This document shows, piece after piece, positions 51,641 through 64,000 of a stretch of 64,000 nucleotides of DNA. The notes under the pieces were generated by a model, which was not told where the DNA came from, did not search any database, and was given only the letters and a program-made list of their open reading frames with translations. A program made the position numbers and the translations under genes. Each line of letters starts with the position of its first letter. Position 1 is the stretch's first letter. This DNA is from Eledone cirrhosa (Eukaryota). The stretch is from contig OZ024742.1 in the NCBI GenBank assembly GCA_964016885.1, forward strand, positions 282,968,001 through 283,032,000, in the 5' to 3' direction.

Positions 51641-52190
51641 GTGGAATGAGGATTGAAAATCTGAGTACACATGATAAGGACAAATGGAGCCAGATGGACA
51701 CACAGACAAATAGCTGTCACTGGTTGTTCACTGGGGATTACGATTTCAGAGCATAAAGCTTAAAAGATAATATTATAACAATCTGTTATAATTGGAAGTA
51801 TGGAAGGTGATAAGGTGATAGAGATAATGTTACACTGAAAAAATGTATGGAAGACTAATTAATATATTCAACAATATTTCATACTGACTTTTCCATATGT
51901 GTGTGCGTGTGTGTGTACATATCTCTTTGCTGGTGAATATGTATGTGTATGTCTCTCTGTTGATGAATAAATGTGTATATGTAGGTGGCTCTCTGAGTAA
52001 GGAATCCGATAGCATATATGTCTGTATGTGTATCAGTTTGCCTGAGTGTGTTTGTGTATGTGTGTGTAAATATTTATATGTATTTATGCTTGAATGTATG
52101 TTTGTGTGTGAAGTATAGATGGTTTACGAGTGTTTAGGAAAACGGGTGTATGATGATGATGATGATAATGAAATATAGGCATATACATAC

Positions 52191-52225
<35 letters not shown>

Positions 52226-52679
52226 TATATATATATACATGCATATGTATATGTCTGTACATGTGCATGTATGTCTATACATGTATGTACATGTCTACAC
52301 ACACAGATAGATATATATATATATGTGTGTGTGTCAATATATGTATGTCTACATCTGTATGGCTTTATGTATATGTATGCATCTATGTGTTTATATGTAG
52401 TTGTAGTAGTTGTTATTGTAACCAGGTAATAGTATGTGTTGTGCAGAGCAGTAAATTGCTAAGTTAGGCCTGTTTTGGCTTTTTACAAGGATTACAGTTA
52501 AGTGTAGGCAACATAGCATGAATTCAAACTAACACTATATATCATTGTTGTTGATGACTTATGGTATGGCTATAATCTCTCTCTCTCTCTCACTCTCTCT
52601 CTCTCTGTATATATATACTTATATATATCATCATATATACTTATATCTCTGTGTATATATACTTATATATATATATATA

Positions 52680-52803
<124 letters not shown>

Positions 52804-52830
52804 TATATATATATATATATATATATATAG

Positions 52831-52897
<67 letters not shown>

Positions 52898-52920
52898 TAT
52901 ATATATATATATATATATAG

Positions 52921-52973
<53 letters not shown>

Positions 52974-52984
52974 TATATATATAG

Positions 52985-53037
<53 letters not shown>

Positions 53038-53083
53038 TATAGATATATATATATAGATATATATATATAGATATATATATATG

Positions 53084-53132
<49 letters not shown>

Positions 53133-53228
53133 GTATATATATACTTGCAAGCAAGGAAAAGTGGACGGAAAATGATGATGATGATGATGATACTTCTATA
53201 TCTATCTCACTGCAATTCTTCTATATTG

Positions 53229-53300
<72 letters not shown>

Positions 53301-53356
53301 AGATAGAGCAATATAGAAGAATTGCACTGAGATAGATATAGAGAAACCTATATATA

Positions 53357-53535
53357 TCATCATCATGATCATCATCATCATTTTCTGTCCGCTTTTCCCT
53401 GCTTGCAAGGGTGGGATGGGTCTTATTCAGCACAGCATCTCTCCACTTGTCATGGTCCTTCGTCATCTCCACCATGAGCTTCAGCGATCTGAGGTCTGTT
53501 CTCACCACCTCTGCCCATGTTTTTTGTGGTCTACC
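53357..53535 (-). mobile_element. RTE LINE 3' end
   Basis: Minus strand reads RPQKTWAEVVRTDLRSLKLMVEMTKDHDKWRDAV, typical of an RTE ORF C-terminus. It is followed by the cccacccttgcaagcaggg...(gat)n tail shared with SINE family B. Confidence 0.75.
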
Positions 53536-53583
53536 TCTCTCTCTCTATATATATATGTATATATAATCATGATGATGATGATG

Positions 53584-53631
<48 letters not shown>

Positions 53632-53951
53632 TTTCTCTATATATATCTTACTATAATTCTCATTTCTATATTGCTCTAACTCTCTCTCTCTCTACCTAAT
53701 TATTTATCTATCTCTATATTGTGCTCCCCCCCCTCTCTCTCTCCCTATACTCGAACTCTCTTTACTTCTCTCCCTATTTCATCATATCTGTCTCTGTATC
53801 TCACTTCCTCAATAACCATTAGCGAGGAAGGATAATAAGAATGGGAGAGTAAAGTGAGTGAGCAAGTGAGAAAGAGAGGGAGAGGGACAGAATTCAAATT
53901 ATATATATATATATACCCTTGCAAGCAGGGAAAAGCAGATGTAAAATGATG

Positions 53952-53988
<37 letters not shown>

Positions 53989-54002
53989 TCATTTTACGTC
54001 CG

Positions 54003-54252
<250 letters not shown>

Positions 54253-54369
54253 AACATATATCATTACCATCATCATTTAATGTCTGTTTTCCCTGCTAAG
54301 AAGGTTTGGACGGGTCATCACAGACAAAGTCAGTACTTATGTATACATATGTGCATATATACATGTGTG

Positions 54370-54402
<33 letters not shown>

Positions 54403-54597
54403 ATGTATGTAATATATGTACTGTGTGTTTGTATGTATGTATGTAATGTACAGCTGCACCCACACAGAGTGTGTAGTCCATATTTCTAGAGACATGAGCT
54501 GAAGTTTAACTAATGACCAGTTCATGTCTACAATATTGCAGGGTCTACAACATTTCTTACCATCATTGATAGATGGTATAAGTACTGACTAAAGACA

Positions 54598-55650
54598 ATA
54601 GTGGTGTAGTGTGATGGTGTGGTGGTGGTGGTGGAGTGGTAGTGTGGTATGGTGGGGTGTTTTGTGATGGTGTGGTATGGTGTAGTGTTTTGTGGTGGTG
54701 TGGTAGTATGGTATGGTGTGGTAGTGTGGTATGGTGTGGTGTTTTGTGGTGGTGTGGTAGTATGGTATGGTGTGGTGTTTTGTGGTGGAGTGGTAGTGTG
54801 GTATGGTGTGGTGTTTTGTGGTGGAGTGGTAGTGTGGTATGGTGTGGTGTTTTGTGGTGGTGTGGTATGGTGTAGTGTTTTGTGGTGGTGTGGTAGTATG
54901 GTATGGTGTGATAGTGTGGTATGGTGTGGTGTTTTGTGGTGGAGTGGTAGTGTGGTATGGTGTGGTGTTTTGTGGTGGTGTGGTATGGTGTAGTGTTTTG
55001 TGGTGGTGTGGTAGTATGGTATGGTGTGGTATGGTGTGGTAGTGTGGTATGGTGTGGTAGTGTGGTATGGTGTGGTTGGTGTGGTGTTTTGTGGTGGAGT
55101 GGTAGTGTGGTATGGTTTGGTGTTTTGTGGTGGTGCGGTAGTATGGTATGGTGTGGTAGTGTGTTATGGTGTGGTGTTTTGTGGTGGCGTGGTAGTGTGG
55201 TATGGTGTGGTGTTTTGTGGTGGAGTGGTGTGGTCTTTTGTGGTGGTGTGGTAGTATGGTATGGTGCTGTGTTTTGTGGTGGTGTGGTGTGTTGGTGTGG
55301 TAGTGTGGTGTTTTGTGGTGGAGTGGTGTGGTCTTTTGTGGTGGTGTGGTAGTATGGTATGGTGCTGTGTTTTGTGGTGGTGTGGTGTGTTGGTGTGGTA
55401 GTGTGGTGTTTTGTGGTGGAGTGGTGTGGTCTTTTGTGGTGGTGTGGTAGTATAGTATGGTGCTGTGTTTTGTGGTGGTGTGGTGTGTTGGTGTGGTAGT
55501 GTGGTGTTTTGTGGTGGTGTCGTGGTATAGTAGTATGGTATGGTGTGGTGTTTTGTGATGGTGTGATGTGTTGGTGTGGTAGTGTTGTGTGTTGGTGTGT
55601 TTATGTGGTGTAGTGGTGAGGTAGTGGGGTGTGGTGGTGTAGTGTTGTGT
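54598..55650. repeat. GT-rich minisatellite (gtggtatggtgtggtgttttgtggtgg units)
   Basis: Repeating units of about 23-33 bp. The 521-aa ORF is a by-product. Confidence 0.9.
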
Positions 55651-56423
55651 GATGAGATGGATTGAGTTGTGTATGTGTGGATGGACAGTGAGAGAGAGAG
55701 GAGGTTTAGGTGTGTAGTCTATGGCTAGTAAGAAAGAGAGAGAGAGGAAGAGCAATTGAATATCTGTGTGGTTACTGACAAAGAGAGAGAGGGGGTAGTT
55801 GTGTATTTGTGTGGCCAGTAAGAGGAGAGAAACAGAGGGAGGGAGTTGTGTGTGTGGACAGAAGGAGAGAAAGAGTGAGAGAGATGATAGTTGTATGTGT
55901 TGGCAGAGAGACAGAGTTGTGTGTACATATGTTTGACTATAGATTCCATTGAGAGTATGGCCAGAGAGAGGGAGAGAGAGAGAGTTATGTGTAGCCATAG
56001 AGAGAGAGAGAGAGAGAGAGTTATGTGTAGCCATAGAGAGAGAGAGAGAGAGAGAGTTATGTGTAGCCAAAGAGAAAGAGGCAAGGTGAAATGAAGGAGA
56101 GAGAGAGTTATATATATAGTCCAAAAGAGAAAGATTCAGGGGGAGAGAACTCAAATCACAAAAAACCAGCCTTTATTATCATGCTATACATTTCTTGTTA
56201 TGTCTTGTAACACTCTTCACTTTTAAGCTTGTTCTTTATTTTTCTTTCAGACCACAGCTGTTGTATTTGTTTTTATTGTTGTTGTTGTTGTAGCTGTTGT
56301 AGCTGTTTTTGTTGTTACTCATTTTGTAGTTATTGTTTTTGTTACTGCTTTTATTGCTGTTGTTGTTGTTGTTAGTTATTTTGTTGTCACTGTTGTTTTT
56401 GTAGCTGTGGCTATTGTTAATAG

Positions 56424-56588
56424 GGTCGGACGCCATGCTTTGCAGCAAAGAGTTACGTCCCTTTACGGACTGAGTTCAAATCCCGTCGAGGTTAGCTTTG
56501 CCTTTCATCCTTACGGGGTCGATAAAATAAAGTACCAGTAATGTACTGGGTAATTGCTAGCCTTGTGCCAAAAGTAGAAACAATTATT
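56424..56588 (+). mobile_element. SINE family A
   Basis: gtcggacgccatgc...gagttcaaatccc...gataaaataaagtaccag...tagaaacaatt. Confidence 0.85.
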
Positions 56589-57850
56589 GCTGTTGTTGAT
56601 GGTTTAACTACTGTTGCTGTTGTTGTGGCTGTTGGTGTTATTGCTGCTGTTCATGGTTTAACTACTGTTGCTGTTGTTGTGGCTGTTGGTGTCATTGCTG
56701 CTGTTGATGGTTTAACTACTGTTGCTGTTGTTGTGGCTGTTGGTGTTATTGCTGCTGTTGATGGTTTAACTACTGTTGCTGTTGTTGTGGCTGTTGGTGT
56801 TATTGCTGCTGTTCATGGTTTAACTACTGTTGCTGTTGTTGTGGCTGTTGGTGTTATTGCTGCTGTTGATGGTTTAACTACTGTTGCTGTTGTTGTGGCT
56901 GTTGGTGTTATTGCTGCTGTTGATGGTTTAACTACTGTTGCTGTTGTTGTGGCTGTTGGTATTATTGCTGCTGTTGATGGTTTAACTACTGTTGCTGTTG
57001 TTGTGGCTGTTGGTGTTATTGCTGCTGTTGATGGTTTAACTACTGTTGCTGTTGTTGTGGCTGTTGGTGTCATTGCTGCTGTTGATGGTTTAACTACTGT
57101 TGCTGTTGTTGTGGCTGTTGGTGTTATTGCTGCTGTTGATGGTTTAACTACTGTTGCTGTTGTTGTGGCTGTTGGTATTATTGCTGCTGTTGATGGTTTA
57201 ACTACTGTTGCTGTTGTTGTGGCTGTTGGTGTTATTGCTGCTGTTCATGGTTTAACTACTGTTGCTGTTGTTGTGGCTGTTGGTGTTATTGCTGCTGTTG
57301 ATGGTTTAACTACTGTTGCTGTTGTTGTGGCTGTTGGTGTTATTGCTGCTGTTGATGGTTTAACAACAGTTGGTGTTCTTGTTGCTGTTGTTGTTGCTGC
57401 TGTTGATGGTTTAACTACTGTTGCTGTTGTTATGGCTGCTGGTATTATTGCTGCTGTTGATGGTTTAACTACTAATGCTGTTGTAACTACTGTTGCTGTT
57501 GTTATGGCTGCTGGTATTATTGCTGCTGTTGCTGTTGTTATGGCTGCAGGTATTACTGTTGCTGCTGGTATTATTGCTGCTGTTGCTGTTCTTCTTCTTG
57601 TTGTTATTGTTGCTGGTATTATTGTTGTTGTTGATGGTTTAACTACTGTCACTGTTCTTGTTACTGTTGTTAGTGCTGCTGTTGATGGTTTAGCTACTGT
57701 TGCTGGTATTATTGCTGCTGTTGATGGTTTAACTACTGTAGCTGTTGTTATGGCTGCTGGTATTACTGCTACTGTTGATGGTTTAACTATTGCTGCTGTT
57801 GGTTTCACTAGTGTTGGTGTTCTTGTTAGTATTGTTGCTACTGTTGGTGT
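56584..57850. repeat. 54-bp minisatellite
   Basis: About 14 regular copies of attgctgctgttgatggtttaactactgttgctgttgttgtggctgttggtgtt, followed by degenerate copies. Confidence 0.92.
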
Positions 57851-58099
57851 TATATTCTTCATTGGTGATTAAAAACAAAATGTAAAGCTGTTCTCTAGGA
57901 AGGAATTCTTTGCTGGTGTTTCTATGCTGATATTTTTGTTGTTTATTTCCATAAAAAAAGAAAAGGAAAATAGCCAATTGTCAGATCAGACGAAAGGAAA
58001 CAATGTTTCTATTGGTCTTTCGATTATTGATATTATCTGTTGATTGCCACAGCCAACAAACAAATGAATATTGGTTGGCATCAAAATTTCTTCATCGTT

Positions 58100-58400
58100 G
58101 TCGTCTTCTTCTTCTTCTTCTTCTTCTTCTTCTTCTCCTTCTCCTTCTCCTTCTCCTCCTCCTTCTCCTTCTCCTGAGTGAGTCATGTGAGCACAGTCCT
58201 CAGACACGCCTTCCAGATGATCTTATCAAAAGCAACCATCTCCAAATGATGAGGCTAGATCCTCAAGTGAGACCAACTGAGGTTATGAATGTTATCCAGT
58301 CATCTTGTTCATAGTCTATCTCTGGGACTTCTGCAAGTTGGATTTGCCCATATAATCTGCCCTGTAATTCTTTCCTTTGACATTCTGCTCACATGTCAAT
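58100..58400 (-). mobile_element. Decayed RTE LINE 3' end with (GAA)n tail
   Basis: Minus strand reads HVSRMSKERITGQIIWANPTCRSPRDRL*TR*LDNIHNLSWSHL...VAFDKIIWK, with stop codons. Confidence 0.65.
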
Positions 58401-59765
58401 AACATCAAACATCAGGGACTAAAAAGTCATTTTTTTTATTTTGCTTCTAGGATCTGGTCTTGAACACTTAATATTATTAGGGTAGATTGGCATTGGAAAA
58501 CATGCTTTGCAACATATAGTTACGTCCCTTTACATTCTGAGTTCAAACCCTGATTTAGTTTTCCCTTATATCCTTACAGGGTCGATAAAATTAAGTACCA
58601 GTAATTCACTGGGGTCAATTTAATCAACGTTCCTCTTCCCCCAAATAGTTATCCTTGTGCCTAAATCAGAAACCATTATAGTAGTAGATTAACAGAATTG
58701 TTAGATCAGCAGAAGAAATACTTTGAAGTATTTCTTCAGATTCTTTACATTCGGAGTTCAAATCTGACTATATTAAACAACGTAGTTGCTTCCCTTTAGC
58801 AAAGTTTTTTTTAAATATATATTTACGATGCTAAATGGAAAATTATGTACCAAATTTCATGAGTAATAGTGTATGTATGTGTGTATGTATATGTACATGT
58901 ATATATACATGTATGTATGTGTGTATGTATATATACATGTATGTATGTGTGTATGTATATATACATGTATGTATGTGTGTATATATACATGTATGTATGT
59001 GTGTATGTACCTATGATTCCATGTATGTGTGTATGTACTAATGTTTGTATGTTTGCATGTGTGTAGAACAGTTCATCCTTTTGGGCAAATAAATGCATTC
59101 GATGTTCAGAGAGTGTGATTGGCCCCCGTGCAAAGCTTTATCCCATTTAAAACAGCTTCAAGCACAGGCATCACTTGTTATGTGACATTTTTTGCAATGC
59201 ATGGTATTACTGACCATAGGCAAGTCACTAGCAGGACTTAAAAGCCTCAGCCGTGATGCTCATGCTTAAGTATCAAGTGATGGCATTACTTGAAATCAAG
59301 TTGCAGCCATCTTCATCATATGTGTGTGTGTATGTGTGTATGTATGTATATAATGTCCAATGGTAACAGCACAAACCACCCAATGAAAAGTTGTCACATT
59401 TTTCCATTCGCTTGTTCTGCCTTTCTGATGTGCAGAACCTCGGGTGGATATTGCCTCATACTGATGATCATATGATCTAGAGCCAAACACCCTAACCACT
59501 TGATCAACTCGCTTCAGAGGATGACAGGAACAATAACGAGAAGTAGTAAAGCTAAGAAAGAAATTTGATGCTTCTGATATTATTGACAAGAAAAGTTTGA
59601 AACTTCCCTCAATTTTGTTAGTGAAATAAGAGAGTGATGAGAATATGTTCTCTAATATTACTCCAGAGTCAGCTTCCTCAAATAATGTACATGTATATAT
59701 GTTAGTGTGTGTTGATGATAATATATACATGTAATAAATATATATATATAATATAATATAGTATA

Positions 59766-59802
<37 letters not shown>

Positions 59803-59883
59803 GAAAATAAAATTAATGTAAGCAAAATGCCAATCATATAATATATATATATATATATATATATCATATGATATATATATATG

Positions 59884-59915
<32 letters not shown>

Positions 59916-60079
59916 TAATATGATATATATATATATATATATGTATATATATGTATATATATATGTATATATATATATATATGTATATATATGTATATAT
60001 ATATATGTATATATATGTATATATATATGTATATATATATATATGTATGTATATGTATATGTATATATGTATATATATA

Positions 60080-60142
<63 letters not shown>

Positions 60143-60315
60143 ATATATGCATATATGTATATATATGTATATATATATATATCTATATATGTATATATAT
60201 GTATATATATATATGTATATGTATATATATATGTATATGTATATATATATCTATATATATATGTATATGTATATATATATGTATATGTATATATATATCT
60301 ATATATATATATGTA

Positions 60316-60390
<75 letters not shown>

Positions 60391-60680
60391 GTATATATAT
60401 GTGTGTGTGTGTATGTGTATAATACAAAGTTTTTATGTTTTCATTTAATGCATACATACATGCATGCACAATTTTTGAGAGCTCGCTTACCACAGTGGGG
60501 GGTTTTTTTATTGTTCATTTGTTGTTGTTTTTTTAATTTTTACACAGGTCTGTGTATACATTTGTGTATGTGTCTCTGTCTGTAAAAACATACAGAAACA
60601 TACAGAAACACTCACCCACACATATATATAAACATTCATGTAATTCATATACTTTGGGAAGAGTGATCTTTCTCTCTCTG

Positions 60681-60714
<34 letters not shown>

Positions 60715-60715
60715 T

Positions 60716-60774
<59 letters not shown>

Positions 60775-60886
60775 CATCATCATCATCATCATCATCAACG
60801 TTTAACGTCCGTGTTCCATGCTTGCATGGGTTTGGACGGGGGTAGTCCCACTTGAGGCAAGAGTGATTGTCTTGCTCGCATAGGAC

Positions 60887-60959
<73 letters not shown>

Positions 60960-60987
60960 TCATACATATAAATATACATACATATAT

Positions 60988-61310
60988 AGTGGTTAGAGCA
61001 TTGGCCTTGCAAACTAAAGGTTGTGAGTTCAATTCTCAGACTGGGTGATGTGTTGTTTCCTTGAGCAAGACACTTTATTTCACATTGCTCCAGTTTACTC
61101 AGCTGTAGAAATGAGATGATAGGGACTGGGGTCCCTATCATTCCAGTGTAAAGTGGTCGTGGAGGTGCCACGGCAAAAAAGCACCCACCACTCACTGTAA
61201 ATGAGGTTGGTGTTAGGAAGGGCATCCAGCTGTAGAAATCAAGCTAGAATCAGTTCCCGTCCCACCCTTGCAAGAAGGGAAAAAGCGGACGTAAAATGAT
61301 GATGATGATA
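60988..61310 (+). mobile_element. SINE family B
   Basis: Near-identical to 29930-30255. Confidence 0.85.
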
Positions 61311-61366
61311 TATACATACATATATATGTATCTATATATATACATATATATACATACATATATATC

Positions 61367-61414
<48 letters not shown>

Positions 61415-61989
61415 TATTTATGCAAATGTATATGTAAATATATCTACATACACGTATACAAATACTTCTGAAAATTATGCAGGTATCTATGCACATTACC
61501 CAAAACCAGGTGTATATTATATGTAAATCTATGTACATGTTTCTTCTACTACTACTCCTACTGCTGCCACAACTCCCCCCCCCCCTCTACCAACACCTCT
61601 ATCGCCCCTTCCCCCATCACTATCCAACACCCCACCCCAACACCCCTCCCCACCACCATTACCACTACCACCATTACCACCATATTAAATATATTGAGTA
61701 ACCTTTTTTTCTGTTCTTTCCATTTTAGGTAAGTGTCATATATTATATATCTGTATATATATATATATATATACACACATATATATATTTTTTGCAAGAG
61801 TGTTTCATCAACATTTGTAATGATGTGAGTATAAAGCATTCTATATATAGACTTCAATCATTGTTATTATTTTTTATATTTGTTGTGGTTTCCTTGGTTT
61901 TTTTTTGGTTTTTTTTTCCTCTCTCTAGCATTTCTCTTCTTTTCGTGTCATTTCCATTTTCTGGAGTTCTGTGAGTATGTGAGCATTTG

Positions 61990-62036
<47 letters not shown>

Positions 62037-62185
62037 AAGAAGGAAAGAGAAATGAGATGAGAGCGAGAGAGAGGGATGGGGAGAGAATAATTCTTTTTTT
62101 TTTAATAGCTAGATCCTTGTTTGATGTGTAGAGCATACTATGCTATATGTGTGTGCCTGTTTGTATGTGTGTGTGTATATACACG

Positions 62186-62218
<33 letters not shown>

Positions 62219-63301
62219 CATATATACATGCATATATGTATATATTTACATATATTATATATATATTATATATATACATTTGTATTCATATTTGCATGCA
62301 TATATATATATATATATATATAGATATATATATATATATATATATAGATATATATATATATATATACACATATACATATAGAGAGAGTTAAAGAGAGGTG
62401 GGGATGTGTGTGTTTGTGCTAGAGCTCCAACAGATTTTTCATTTCCTTAATTCAGGTGCATGTCATAATAATTTTTTTTTAAATTCTGCTGTCCTTTTTC
62501 TTCTTCCATTGTCCACCTGCTTTTTAAAAACTTTTGAAGCAAAAGAAATTGTTTCACACACATGCACACACACACATATATGTATGCATATATATATGTG
62601 TGTGTGTGCATGTGTATATATATAATATATATATAACAAGATCTCTGAATGCTCTTAATATATACATTTATGCACTCACAGAGGGTTGCTTTATTGTCTT
62701 GAATGTTCAAATCATTTGCAGTGAACCTTCCATGTGTGTGTATGTGTATATATGTGTGTGTGTATATATATATGTGGGTGTGTATATATATATGTGTGTG
62801 TCTGTGTACAAACATACACATTTACTCTTTACCATGTTCCAGCCTACAATAAAATGCACCCAGTGCAGTATGTAAAGTGTTGGTGCTTGCATCAGAATAT
62901 AATGCATCAAGTACTCTGTAAAGTGTATATATATTTTTATACTTTGGAAGGGTCATGGAAGGTCTATATCAACACACACATCTGTTGGTTTTCACTTCAA
63001 TTTATTACAAATTTCCAGTTGGTTGGTTTAATAACCAGATGGTTGTTTATTTATTGTCAAGGCTCTTTCATCACACATTCTGGGACCTCCTCAGTTGATA
63101 AATTTGTGTTATGAAGCTTTAACAACAAATAAACAAACACCCGGTTATTAAAGTAACCAACTTGAAATTTGTAATAAATTGAAGTGAAAGCAACTGGTGC
63201 ATGTGTTTTTATTGGCAGCATGACCCTCCCAAAGTATAATAATATCATTTTCAAAACACGTTTTCAGATAAAAAATCTTGCAAAACAAATACAAAAACGA
63301 A

Positions 63302-64000
<699 letters not shown>

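Noticed and set aside
54589-56154. 521-aa His/Thr-rich ORF
   Set aside because: It is a translation of a GT-rich minisatellite and (GA)n tracts.
59658-60585. YI/IY-repeat ORFs here and throughout the window
   Set aside because: (TA)n tracts lack stop codons, so these ORFs are artefacts.

Overview
AT-rich, microsatellite-dense eukaryotic DNA. The repeat landscape resembles an octopod cephalopod, which is an inference from the SINE and simple-repeat content. No intact protein-coding gene can be supported: the ORF track is almost entirely translated (TA)n, (CA)n, (GA)n and trinucleotide repeats. The routine content is two tRNA-derived SINE families, RTE LINE 3' remnants, mariner, piggyBac and Helitron remnants, and several minisatellites. 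The main signal is a hammerhead-ribozyme (HHR) retroelement system inserted in (TA)n tracts. First, a 5.5-kb array at 30791-36264 is made of near-identical 468-bp units. Each unit carries one minimal type I HHR, an ATGCAAAT octamer and many hairpins. About 3.1 units lie on the minus strand and about 8.6 on the plus strand, joined at a 3-bp microhomology inside the ribozyme core. Second, at least four long palindromes with 150-212 bp arms (25.0, 37.7, 40.0 and 43.1 kb), plus several decayed relatives, carry Penelope-type minimal HHRs with a palindromic stem III loop, a downstream AATAAA/ATTAAA and a GAGYRCTC-type tail motif. All structures were read by eye, and no self-cleavage or expression is shown.
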